Assembly: GCA_030141605.1 (NCBI GenBank)
Contig: JAQGDQ010000005.1
Span: 806,180-870,179 of the forward strand
Length of the DNA: 64,000 bases
Reading direction: 5' to 3'
Origin: Tubiluchus corallicola
Taxonomy: Eukaryota; Animalia; Priapulida
Shown here: positions 1 to 35,600 of the stretch, in pieces
Position numbering within the stretch: position 1 is the first letter of the stretch
Layout of the letters: each line of letters begins with the position of its first letter
The notes under the pieces: generated by a model
What the model saw: the letters and a program-made list of their open reading frames with translations, nothing else
Told to the model about the DNA's origin: nothing
Databases searched by the model: none
Translations under genes and position numbers: made by a program

Positions 1-647
1 GTAATATGTGTTGTATGCCTGCAATTAACACAGTCTTAGACAAAAATTACAGTCCACTATTATAAAGAGATAATTATTTGATACATGGAGATTATACGTT
101 ATTAAATATTGAAGTCACGAGTACAATGTTTACCATGAATATATAAGGACACATGGTGCTTAACCACTAAAATCTGCACTTACGATATAGTTGCTACACC
201 CAGAACATCAATGGTACTTATGTTCTGCTCTCCCATAAGTAAACTAGCTATTAGTAGTGTCAGACAGATTAATTAAGCTACCAACGACTTACACATTATA
301 ACCTTCTAGAATAGTGTAGCAATGTATGCAGATAACACTTCAACATTTAAGAAAAAAAGAACATTCATCAAGGATGAACATGAAATTGATACTAGGAACT
401 CTAACCCTATTGTAAAATAATATTCTGATTACAATGCCATACATGCTTGCTTTAATATTGCTCACTTTACAAATTAACAGTTCAACTATATCCTTAACAT
501 ATTACACTTCATAGCAATAATAATATAACATAGACCATACTTCTATCAACAATAATAATTAACTTATTATCATAAGATGAGGCTTATTTATATTTACTTA
601 TTTATATAATCGTGCTAGACTATGTATTATTTGCTTTATCGTGATGC

Positions 648-22091
<21,444 letters not shown>

Positions 22092-22159
22092 TTTCACTGT
22101 TGTCTCAGTTCTTCGCTAGCTATTTTCCAAAGTTACATGATACTAATGTTTAAGACAGC

Positions 22160-22190
22160 GAAAATGGCGAAACTGTTTTAAGCGCATGCC
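22160..22190 (-). promoter_or_regulatory. Putative dynamin proximal promoter motifs (YY1-like AAAATGGCG, NRF1-like GCGCATGC)
   Basis: Motifs at 22161-22169 and 22182-22189, 70-100 bp upstream of the ATG. Short matches only. Confidence 0.3.
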
Positions 22191-23097
22191 TAATCGATCA
22201 TTCTTTCTTCTTCTTCTAAATATTTTCTCGCATCTGAGCAAGCATAATCATTGATCTTTCAGTACGAACTCGACAGTTTCAACAATACTGTTTTTGTCTC
22301 CGATAATATCTACGTTGGTCATATCTTACTTAAAAGTAATTCAATTGACGTCTAACATAATGTCAATCATTTTAGTTCGTTGACTGCCAAATCAGCGTGC
22401 AAGTTATTTCGCACCCCTGCAAAGCTTAATTAATGCAAGTACGTTCCGCTCATTTAGTTACAGCTGCGTCGAATGCTCTTATGAAAAATGCTCAACTTTT
22501 CATTAGTTAGCGGGAGAAATAATGGCCGGGTTCTAGATTTTATTATTGTCAATTGAAATTGTAAATGAATTAGTGGAAATATATAGTCCAGTTGCATTTA
22601 TAGGAATAAATGCAAAATGTTTTGAAAATTCACAACGCTTGCATCTATGAGTTGCTGATTAAACCATTCTACAATCAAGAAAACACGCTGTTTAGTTGAG
22701 TTTATGGCTTTGCAAGTTAAATAAAAACAACTATTTCATTAACTTTAAAGGACAAAACAAAATGTTTCCTTTTCTGGCCAGTTTTTACAAACCTCAGTGA
22801 GATCCTCACAATGGAAATTAACTCAAATGTGGTCAAAACTTACATTATACATCAATGTAATATTAACGAATTTTACGCTATTTTTCTGGTTACAGTCATG
22901 GTTAAAAGATGTCATTGGGTCTTTTGTAATGCTCGCTCGAGCATTCAATATAAGGGTCGTCTATGGAATGGAACAGTCAAATTTATTCCATTTCCGTAGC
23001 CTAATAAACGGAAAAATACAAAAACAGAACAAATCTTGCAGACAAGCACATGATCAGTTATTATAGAAAATTACATCGCAGGTTTGATGTTCGTATG

Positions 23098-23455
23098 TGT
23101 TGTGGAGATCCACTAGAATTAAATAGAATATTGTAGAATGTTCCATTGTATAGTAGAACAACCGCCTTACCTTGTAGAAGTTTCTTGTAGCACTTTCTAG
23201 AAGTTTCTATTCCTGGCACTGATATATAAGGTGGAGCTGGCGGCTGAAGTACATTCTCTGATTCTCTCACATTCTCTTGTATACTCATATTCTCTGATAC
23301 GCAAACACGTTTCCAGATTATCACATTTACTGTAAACAGTTCCTTCATACTTTTGTGTTGTAGAATTCTCGCATAATAAACTAATTTAGTTTAATTTGAT
23401 GAAGTGTTTTCTGGTTTTCTATAGGAGCCTTCCGACAGAAACAAAAAACACAACA
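23098..23455 (+). mobile_element. Solo LTR (358 bp)
   Basis: Ends TGTTGTG...CACAACA with a perfect 5-bp TSD gtatg (23093-23097 and 23456-23460). Internal TATATAA (23223-23229) is followed by AATAAA (23375-23380). Confidence 0.85.
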
Positions 23456-26400
23456 GTATGTTAAAGGCAAGAGAGACTTGACATTTTTGTTGCTCAACTA
23501 TTTATAAAGCAAGGCTAACTGGCTTAGTTTCTTTATTATACTTATGTCTCTGTATTTTGAAACTTCGTCTCTACATTCTGTTTAAATTGAAAAGTCATTT
23601 TTTGGCTACTTAATGTGTTCATTTCGTGCTCTGCAAATTAGTGTCTATAAAAAAGAGCAATCGGTTTATCTGCTGATTAGATATTAGTTGTGACTGTCAT
23701 GTTGTTTAGTTCAGTTTAGTTTAGCTGAGACAGTTGTTCTCCTGCGTGAGCTGTTGTCCCGAATGCTGCAGAGCACGCTTACGTTACAGCGGCGGGGGGG
23801 GGGGGCAGAGCGCAGACCAAATTGTTTGACTTCAATTCAGTTTCGATTCACACTTTCACCTTAGACTTTAGGTCCAAATTAAAAACTACATAAAATATAC
23901 GTACGACATGAAGACCGAACAGTGAAACCCAAAACTATAGTTATCGAAGTTACGAAAACAATTACTAAAATCACGACTAAAATCGCCATAATAAGAAAAA
24001 CAATAAACGCAAAATCGTATTTGGCTACAAAAGCACATTCATTTACTTACCAGAAACCAGTTACCAAATCAGACTAAAGTATCAACTTACATACTGTAAT
24101 AATAATAATAAGTGTTATTATATAATATGTTATAATGGTGTATAGAGTACTTGTAAACTGTCAGAAAGATTACTCCTGAAAATTAAATACTAAGTTATGG
24201 ACTTAGGGTAGCAAACCAACAGCTGAAACCTCAACGTTCCTCTTATTTCAGCACTCATTGTATAATTCCAATTGTCTGATGTTGGTAATCGAAGTTGATT
24301 AGATTGGCAACTCAATAAAACACGTCATGGTTCACGACAATAATGTCATAGTGCTGTGATATTAGGGCACCCTTACAACAAATACTATATCGGCTCATAA
24401 ATGCACAAACTAATCAGTCAAGAAATCATGTGAGGGCACCAACAGGTCACAAAATCAATTTGACTTTTTTTGGTACACTAAGAAGTGATCAGATGCAGAA
24501 ATTTATACAAAAACAAACCAAAGACTCACCTTGTAGAAATTCTCGGGAAAAGTTTCGTGACCAAAAAGTAAAATGATCATTAACAACAATTTTTATACTA
24601 ATATTGGTATATTTAGATTTGTCACAAATTTTCATACCCAAAGTGTAACAATGCATAAATAAAATCTATCACCATGACACAGTGACACAAAGACTATGAA
24701 CAATACAACTTTCATAACAGATGAAGCGAAAACCAAGAGAAGTTCTGAAACACCATAATCATCACGAACAATAAAAAGGCTGATCTAAAATGAAACGTGA
24801 TACCATTAACCATTAAATATCAAAACAAACACCAATATAAGAGTACATATTATTTTATTCTCTGCTTTATTATTAAACAGTAAATCCCTTTCAGCCGAAA
24901 TACACATACTAAAAATTAGAGTAAAAAATTAAAGAAAAAACAATATAAGGCCAGATGACAGATGAATAATATGTAATGACATCATGAACATCAAAAATTA
25001 AATGTTCTTTATAATCTTAGTCTTAAAGCTACAAATATTACCCAGCTTGATATAGCAGCTAGGCATAACTTGCTATATAAACTTGACAGCCACTTTCGCA
25101 CAAACATTAGCTAATATGGAAATCACTTGTTCCCATGTAGCAATACCCATAATTTCATAAAATGCACATCATCTTTCAAAACATACGTACATAAATACTA
25201 CCCCATAGGCCTCCAGTTACATGAGTAGGCCTATTTTGCGCATTAAATACGGTATCATGAAATACGGCCTATACGTGCATGAAAAGACACCTTAAATTAA
25301 ATTTTATGATTGGTTACTTAGCACACCTAGAAAAGCCAATTATTTAACAATGAAGTCTTGCTAAGCAATAAGTTAACATGCAAACGAGTGCGGAATGTGT
25401 AGAAGCAAATTTAAACGAACTTTCATTTCCAAATAACTGTTGAAAACAAGTTAATATGCCATTTAAGTTATCAATACCCCAACATTAGAACAAGTGTTAC
25501 TCTAACTTAACATTAGCACATGCTCTGAAATCTCAGAGAAGCCTGTATCAAAAGTTGCTGTTTTGTCAGTGTTCAGTAACTCAAGGTTATATCCACGATT
25601 GAAATTTTTTCACTAAACAGGTTATATAATGATAAGCAAAAACAGAGAAAATGTCACAACTTTTAATACCAAAACTCCAAGCAAAATATTCTATTCGTTC
25701 AATATTCCATTGAATAAAAATTCATTTACTCCTTTAAATACAAAGCAGTTATTAACATGTTGTTAAGTTGCATGACATAAGACTTATAATTACTCTAATG
25801 CAGTGCTGTAAATGATATGTGTGCACCAACAGAATGCTGTATATATATTTGAACAAAAACATACCGCCAACTAAAACACCCAATGCAGCTGTTTGAAAGC
25901 AAAACAATTAGCCAAAAAAGTTGAGTAGGTACAAAAAATTTCCTGATTACACAAATGCAAAGCATGTGCATTTTAAATTTTGTATGGGATACAATCTCGG
26001 ATGCAACTGTTATGTAAACTGTAACCTTCAAAACCCCATTCCTGCAAACAACCATGAAGTGAGGATATTGATTCTGCATTCAATAATAGAAAACAAATGA
26101 TTTATGTGCTATGAATTATGGTCAATTACCTGAAAAATAAATTTCTCAGAAATGCCACTAATTTGAATAATTAGATTTCCATTGTATCGCATATGCAAAG
26201 CGAAGAATGAGTGATAGAACGAGAGTTTGCCTTGAGAAAAAAATCACTTCCTGGTTTGTTCGCACGAATATAAATATATATATAAATATATATACTCATT
26301 AAAAGAAAATGAGAAAATGTCATTCAACACGAACCATGTGAAGAGATGCGTATAAAATCTCTTATATCACTTTTAACTAGTATCTTATAACTTATTGTGT

Positions 26401-26637
26401 CACTTATAATGTCATTATTATAAGCGACAAAATTCAGTAGTTTGTTTTTAAATGTTTATAACTGCACTTCTAGTCTTCTTCCAACAAACATGCACTGAAA
26501 AGATATGCAATTCAAATCATTGCTACAACTCCCAAAGAACTTCGAACCTTCAAACCATCAAATAGCTAATAAACTCAAAAGATGTACCAATATTATTATA
26601 ACAAAAGTTTTCTGACAAAATTTGACATCAGTAGGTA

Positions 26638-29600
26638 TCACTTTGGGTATGGATGTCTTTGACCATACTTAAACCGACTTGTTGTAGCTGGCGGCTGGTA
26701 TGTCTGAGCAAACTGTGAAGGATCAAACATGGTTGGTCCACTGCTGGGTGCAGTCACATCCTGTAAATAAAAAGAACACAACAAAATGAAACAGAACTAT
26801 AAATCATTAGATTGCAATATCTCCCTGGCCTAAGACAGTTCGTATATAAAATGGAAAAAAACCCTTATTTGGTTCAAGCGTCACTTTTTAACATAAAACA
26901 ATTACTAACCTATTGATTTGATTCAAGCGACACTTTTTAACATAAAACAATTACTAACCTATCGAAACAATTATGTAGAGACACTAAGTAAAAATGTAAT
27001 TTTAACCAAGAAAATGAAAACATCTATTCAACAAAGTGTTACATTGAAATAAATTAGCTATAAAGAGAAACAACAGGTGTTACACTGCCATTTTGCGTCA
27101 AAATTACAAAATTTAACACTATTTGTTAGTATCGTACAAGAACAGTGGCGCAATTAAAGGCATGAGCATCATTATTGCACAGAACTCTCTTCAAGAGATC
27201 TTTCGGCTGTCATTATTACCTTTACCAGGTTGTAAATAATAAAAGCGAACTAGAGGATTATATACAAAAGGACACAGCACAAAAAGAAGTGATTACATGG
27301 GTAACCAAACAATTCAAAAAGGTATGCAAATAATATTTAAGAAAAATAAATCAAAAAGAGTAAACACATTTAATGACGGTTACAAAAACCAAAATATCGT
27401 AACTGAAATCATTAATCTTTAATGATACAAAAAGGTTCACAAAAATCAGGATTTTTTTTGTAACTGACTACTGGATATCGATCTATATTCACTATAAATT
27501 GCTTACTAAAAGTAATAGCTACATAATATTGTCATGTTACAGTTCATAATATTTTTTTGCAGCTGCTCTGTAAACATGCAAATTCTGAAAGAAATTTTTA
27601 GTTGAAAAATATTTTGAGGATTACTTGAAAAAAATCAATTAAAATATTTCTCAAGTTTATGTAAGAGAGGAATTTGCACATTTTATAGTCCTAACGATGT
27701 TTTCAGAAGAAATTGTTGAGCACAGAAATGTGTCTTTTGCAGTAGTGCTGTAAATCCAGAAGAAGCATTCATTTATAATTGCAATGCTTCATGAAAATAA
27801 TTTAAGCATCAGAAATGAAAAGTAGGTTAGTGAGTGACAGCTCAAACAAATGGCTGCATACCTTCTTAGCACACATATAGCTTTGTACCTCATGTGAAAG
27901 CGAGCTCTGTGAACTGCACCTCGAAAACTGTTAAAGCATAACAACATACTATTACATTGCTGTGAGATATCAAACAATGTGCCAATCACAATAAGCAGCC
28001 TTTAAACAAGAGCAGAAATCACTGGGTTTGAAGAACAACAGATCAAGGTTTGTTAAGCAGCAGATCCATGCCAACTTTTTGTAAGTAATAATGCATTCAA
28101 ACACATGCTCACAATTATTTACTGCTCTGTAATTCTCAATAAACAAAAACAAAGAAACTAAATCTAGAAATCTAAAGTAGCACAGGTAAGAAAATTCTCA
28201 GTCAAATTATTAGCATACATTAATTTTCAGCTAATCAGAGCATTGATTCAAATCCAAATATCAATATACTAACATTCTATTGTCATTCACATGCCGGTAT
28301 TTTTTTTAATAAACTAAATACAACCAAAATCAATCATATTCAAAATGCACAAGTGCAAGTAAATCTTTGTGAAAAGATAACTAAAGACTTTTGAAATGAT
28401 AAGCTAAGGTAGATGTTCTAGGCTGATGTGAAATTCATTAAGATATTTTTGCGATAATGTGCAAATACTTTTTGCGATAAAGTGCAAATACAAGTTAACA
28501 ACCACAAGATAATGAAATGTAGGCTAGTGCACAAATCTTAACCATAGTTTTTTTCTGTAGATAAAGACAGATTTCTTTAATAAGGTGCAATTGTTTGTAC
28601 ATTAATACTTGATTTACACATGCATACAAGTAAACAAAGTAGTCCACAAGGCAAATAAAAGATGGAGGTTTTTTGTTCGATATCCTGCAAGTAGGAATCC
28701 TGCACTCAAAAGCAGGAGCCATTCAATTTAGATGACTGTGATGGGACTCAAAACCATTTTTATCAAGGATGAGGATAATCCTCTAAGGTGAGATAATGGA
28801 CTCCAGACATGTCCCATCCACATTCGGACATATAGGTATGAGCAATATGGAATATCTGCCAACTACAGTATTGAACTAGGTGGTCATCCATCCATTCACC
28901 AATAAGGCTTGGCATAGCATAACTTTGATCACAAAGCACACACAGTACCCATTTGACTATGCACTTTGCACATATAATGCAAGATACACAATTGAAGATA
29001 TACCATGCTAGAAATTTGATGAATGAAACCTGCTCAGACAGAAAACCCCTCAGTTATAAAATAAACTTTTCTACTGCTTTCTTCATATCACGAGCTTAGT
29101 CTACAATAGATTTCAGCACCAGGTAATTTTTATACATCTTATGTTAATAAGTCAACATTGTTCAAAGTGACTTGGAAATAAGTAACACATGTTTTTACCT
29201 ACAGGCAACAAAGTAAAAAAAGAGACAAGAAAAAGAAAGAAAGCTTAACTGAACAATAATAACTATAAAATATGATATCATTTAAACAGCTCCTATTATT
29301 TTTTTGGTAATTATAGTAAAAAAATTTTCAATAAAAACATAAAGTTGAGTATTCTGCATTTATTATTGATATTATATGCTAAACAGCCAAAGTATGAAAC
29401 AAAATATTACCGCATTTGAAGCCAGCATTTCTTGCATGCTAGGTTGTGAAACAGGAACTTGCTGTGCTTGTTCAGGCTGTGGTTGATAAAATTGCTGCTG
29501 TTCCATTTGTTGAAAGTCACCCCCAGGTTGTTGATACAACAGCTGTGTTTGCTGCTTCTCTATTTGCTGAAAGTTACCACCTGGTTGCTGATAGCTAGAC

Positions 29601-32600
29601 TGTAAATGTGGCTGTGTAGTTACTGGTGGCTGTGATGCACGGGGTAAGTCAGGCTGAGGCTCTGATGTGTTAGACTGCAATGATGTTGGAGAACTTCCTG
29701 ATTTTGCTAGTCCAACAAAGTCTGTTGTATCACTAGTGCTCACTGCATAAACAAAGTACAGAAAATTCAGCAAAAACATAAGATTCTAAAAAGAAAGAAA
29801 GAATAAAAAATGCATTTTGGTCACTACACCAAGCCAACCTAGAGGCCATCCACATGTAACGATATAAGGTTTTCAACTGGTTTCGAAGACCAACCTACCA
29901 TGCGTTATAATGGTGTTAAGATGTGCCCTGCAACCTACCTACCGCAAAGACTGATATCACAGTGATGTAGCTTTTTGTACTAGGCATTGTATAAAATAAC
30001 AATTGGTACCTATCTGGGGAAAGTTATAGTGCTTTATTTTTTTGGTGTGGTGGCAATTGAGGACATTTATCACAAGCAAACACAGCTATAAATCCATCAG
30101 CTAAAAAATAAGTTTAGATTAGTTCACAATTTCTAACTGCAGTGTACATTTAATACACACAAATGCAATAAAGATTCAATGTTTACCCAAAACTAAATAC
30201 TTTAAAATAAGCAAAGCTGTTTTGTAAAAAATTCGTTAAAACAAATCATTAATTTTGTAATTCTGATTCACTAGTAAACACTAGTAGTTTCACATCCACT
30301 CATTTTTTTGATCAAGGGTGCCTCCAAATGGAGAAGCCACTGCAAAATGAGACAGTGAGACCTGACATAATATAAAATGAAATATAATTATAAAAATGCA
30401 TACTATATTATAATATACAATAATTTTGCTGGGGCTGATAAATGAACATTGGCAATTGTTTACAGCAAAGAAGTACAGCCAATTACTGAATATACCTGGG
30501 GTGGGTACAAAATAATTCGTAGGAGCAACTGGAGAAGGAAACAGAGATGGTGCTGGCACAGCTGCCGAAGAGTTCGTTCCATGAGGATTTAAAATATCCA
30601 CATACTTAGCACGAGGACCTGCACAAAATCACAAGATATCATATAAGTTATATTATCAATACCATAAAGAATACACGATTGCTTGACTGTGAACAGACAT
30701 TTGTTAAAAAAGAAAAAAACAGCTTGTGGAACATGGAGAAGAATAAGCAGATTAATAAAAAAAAACACAATAAATTTTATGTTCTTTATTGTGGTATATT
30801 TGTTAATTACTTTGTGAGTTTTTTTTATAGAAGACATATTTACGCAAGCTTAAATTTAACAGTTTACTAAAACAGAAATATACAGTTGTATGAAAGCCAA
30901 AAACTATACATTGATCGATTTTCTCCTGTTTTCTGGTGCTAGTAAAGAACTTTGTCTCACATCTAAAAAATTACAAAGTTCAACACCTACATTTCTTTTT
31001 CTACAATTTTAACTACAGCGACTTTTAGTTAAAATTGTTTTTATACCCTGATGTCAGACAATTGCTTAAATGATGCTGAATAAGGAAACCAACAAATTTT
31101 GTATAGAAATGTAGTGATAAAAAATAAAACGTTTTAGAAGCATGTCCAAAAGCAAGGCTGTTGTGGTGGTAGAAACCAATGCCAAGAAGTTTGCTTTTAT
31201 ATTTCATCTAAATAGTAATTTTTAAAATACACTAAATAGTATATCATCATGCACAGCTAACATACATGATGATGATAATATGTGTACATTGCACACCTAA
31301 TTGGCATCTTTTGAGTAACAATCTCTCAAAAGGCGTATATTTCGGATGGAGTTAGTGACAAAAAATTATGTCCATTTCACAGCAAATGCACAGATTTTTT
31401 AACTACCAAGCTGACTGCCTTACACCATGTTTTGCTTAACCAAAATAGAAATATCTTCTTCCTTTTATACAAAAAAGGCTATTTGTTTTTAATGTGCAAG
31501 ACATAAATTGCAGCCCAAAAAAACTGCAAGACTCACTGGAAAAGTTTAAGGTGGCAATAGATAATGTCACAGTGAAATTTCAAAATCTCTTAAGTATAAT
31601 ATAAATGTGTATGCTCATAAAAAAAACATTTGCAATATATTAAAAAAAGAACTGTATCACTAAAGTGTAAAACAAAAAATCTAACTTCTTTGATAAGTAT
31701 TCTTCGATTACTGGTAATGTTATTAGGTTTTCTCAGTTTATTAGTTTTAAAATACCTTTGCCATGCTGCAGTTTATAGCGATTTTTTCCCTCCACAACAC
31801 CTAAATGTGAAGGTGCAGACATTGTTTGTGGAAGCTGACCCGCGGACATCATTTCATCATCAGACTGCGAGGGAGGTGCCACTGAAGGAACTCCATGAGA
31901 AGCAGTGGCTGTTCTGGAGGGAGGTGGAGCCATAAAGGGCGGAGCAGGTGTGTTACTTTTATTTTGAGGTACACTTCCATGTACAGAGCCTGTAATTCAA
32001 ATGGATATCATTTGCAAAAAGAGTAAACAAGGGTCCAGTTCATAGTTAATAAATTTTTGTTCAATGTTTTATTTGATTTTTAAAATCTTTCAATAGCTGA
32101 AAGTTAACACATTCCTGACCGTGACTATGTAAGCAGGTTTTACAATATTTCACTAGACAAAATATTTGCACAAAGCATATGCTCAAAAAGCATATAAAAT
32201 TCCCTTCTAATGTTCTTAAACTCACTTATAGTTTTCTTACTAATATGGGAACCTAGGAGGATAACTGAACAAAAACCTGTATAGAACTTTGAAAAAATAT
32301 CAAATCCTGCAAGTTATTAATCACAGCACCTATTATTATTAAATAACATTCTACACAAAGCTCTATTGCATCTATGCTAAAAGAATCAAGAAGAAAATAC
32401 TGCAATTCTTACTTACTTATAGCAGTTCAATATAAACATGTATACTGTAAAATAATAATAAAAATATTCATAGTTTAAAACAGAAAAACTGCTCATAGTT
32501 TTATTGGTACTGCATTGCTTTAGTTAAGTATTATAATGATGCTGGGAAAGTTAGTTAATTTTTTCAAATAATATTACAGGTGATATATATATAACTGTAA

Positions 32601-35600
32601 GCTTACCTATCAAATCAGTATCTTTAGGTGGAGGTGCGAGTGGTTTATCGTCATCACCATCTGCTTCCGTGTTAATCCATTTATTAGCTGCTGAATCCCA
32701 AACAATCTATGTAAATAAAGACTTATAAACCAAGTTCAGGCAACAGGAAATACAGAAATACTACATTACATTTATTTATTACTAAAATATATTACATCTA
32801 AATACAATACCTTACATTACAATTACAAATGTATTACAGTACATTATATTACACTAAAATATTTTATATCTAAAATATATAACATTGAAAAAATGGCAAA
32901 TTTTTACAACTTGCTTGTTTATACAATATTGAAAATAAGCATTCAGCATTTTGTACAGAAGCAGAGGAAGAAAAACTTACGGAAGGATTTTTGTCATCAG
33001 GAAGTTTCATCTCATTCTTTCCTTTGAAGCTAAAGTTGAAAATTCCTCCAAACCAGCCTTTCTGTAACACATAAGCAGTCCCAAAAAGTTAAAGGGCAGA
33101 TTGATTGTGAATAGAAAAAATAATTTCTTATAGACCGTCTACACAGTTTTTCAAAATAGCGTCATTCTTGAGCTTGTCAGTGTTGAAGGACAGCGTAGAT
33201 GCCGAGAAAGACAAGGAAATTAGAATCTCATTCAAATTTGACGATGGTTTTCGACAATGTTGGTCGTCAATCTCTAAACGAGCATCCAATAATAAAGTGT
33301 GCTGATGAATTAGCTAGCTAGAAGAGCCCATTTATAGTGGGTGCGTAGAAGGTGAATTATTAACAAAAAGTGATTGCATAAATTATATTTGGTAAGCGCA
33401 TGAATGCCGAAATTTTTTGCGAGCAACTTCACGTAAGTTTTATAGACTTATACAAGAAATGTGCAGGAATACAGGAACTTGCACTCGTACTGGCGGCAAC
33501 CATTCTGCAAAAGCACAACCTATGGTACTTGACAACTTAGTTTCTGCATTATCTTAGAAGTGACAATTTGTCCAGTAATTGAAAATACTTGGCGTTATCT
33601 GAATATAATTTAAAAATTAATTTCCACTCCTGCTTTTGATTTCTGAAAGACTTAGTAATAACTTCTCGTTTCATTTCTTTGCCAAAGTTCTTTTTTCGTC
33701 GCTTTCCCTTTGCAACTCGTGCTAAAACAAAAGCTATATTGGCGTTATATGAGAAATGAAAAGTAGTTAGATCTCTTCCACAAATAGTTATGTGCAAAGT
33801 AACTGTCTGGGAAAACTGAACATGTGAACAGAGTTCATTATTTTGAATGTCTTCTTTTTGGAAGGACAAATTACTGGACTAGGCATTGAAGTCCAAGTAC
33901 ATACCAAAAACAGAAATTAGCTTAGGGTAATAAATTGATCTTAGCAACGCTAATATTTTTGTAATTGAAGCTGAACAAAAAAACAAGGAAACAGATGATG
34001 TAGTGGATTCTCATAGCAGTGATAAAAGATATTACACTTTTTATGCAAGAGACATGTGTTTGGAAGAGAATTTATAAGCTGCCATTCGAAGTTACATGTA
34101 TGAGGGTACTACTATTAGGCAGCCTCGGTCTAATATTTTTGGTGAAGGTATCGAGAGAATGCTGTCACCCATTGTTAGGTGCAGATCTGGTCTGTATAAA
34201 AAACATAGTAGTGCTACCGTTTTATGATGATGTTTATGCTCTTTAGATTTGTGTCTGCGTTTAGTGTCAGTTGATGCGATTCCAGAATCAACCTCACTTC
34301 TTGGACTACTTGGCGTTAGCGTCTAAAAAATCAACCAATCATAATGAGTAACAGATGGAAAAAATTACACAATTACATGATAAATGCAAACTACTCTGTA
34401 ACTACCTTTATATTTACATACCTTGCTTGACCTTGGACTATCTGGTGGTGGAGATGGTACAGATGGAATAACTGGGGTTTGAGAATCTGGAATAGAACCA
34501 TGACGTCCATAAGAATTGGTCTCACTACCTCCAGATATATGATGCTGTAACACAAACAACAGCAAATTTTTATCATATCGTATGTAAAGATGCAAATTAG
34601 AAAATGAACATGCAATGCCATTTTATTTAGAGTCTTTAAAAGCCCACATGGATGATCAAGTTGTAAAAGTATAGGATAGTGTAATGTAATGTGGTATGAT
34701 AGGGCACAGTATGACAATACAATACAGGACAGAGCAGTGAATTACAGTACTGCACAGCTGAGTACATTAAAATACAGTACAGTAAAGCACAGAACAACAA
34801 AGTACAGTACAATGCAGTGCAGTACAATATAGCACAAAACAGTACAGTAGTATAGTACAGTACAGTATATTGCAGAAGTGTATAGTACAGGACAGTACAG
34901 TACAGCAGATTGAATGTACTATCATACAGTATCAACAATACTGTTAGTATTAAGGTTATTTTTGAAGATCGATATTTTGAAAATTTTATAAAGCTTTGGT
35001 TGCACTTAACTTTGCGTTGCGTTGTTTATTTGGGTTACTCACTTGTCTCAATGATGACATTCCGTAATAATCAAATGTATTTGGTTCAGTAGGTGATGCT
35101 GCATTAGCGTCTCCTTGAGGCGTATAAGCATCATATGGTACACTAGAGTAGTACTGATTTTGTTGATTATAGCCTGCAAAACAAAACGAAGTATTAACAT
35201 TGTACTATGATTCTATCTATACATGAGCCCAGTAGCTTGTTTAGGTTTTTTTGACCCACACAAGGCTTTTCCAGTCATGACTGTCACTGTTATAATGTTA
35301 TAAAAATAAATTGTCTTGTTCATTGATTGAAACGGAATATAAGTTCCACCATTAAATCAACATTAGAAATAAGCGACATTTTTGCTTGCAAAATCCGAAC
35401 ACTCAGCAAGTTCAATGTGTCTCACCTTGATCATAAACTTGACCGTCTTGACTAGCGGTGGCATAATTGTTATATCTGTCTTCCACTTCAGCTATAGGAT
35501 TAAAAATAATATTAGTATTGCTACCATTCCTAATTACAAAAAAATTAATATTAATTTTAAAAACACTAGCTTTTTTGTTCGTTATGTTGTTGGTAACGCA

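Noticed and set aside
23061-23348. 95-aa minus-strand ORF
   Set aside because: It lies almost entirely within the solo LTR and has no protein features.
34636-34938. 100-aa Cys/Tyr/Leu-rich ORF
   Set aside because: It is a translation of the (CAGTA)n satellite.
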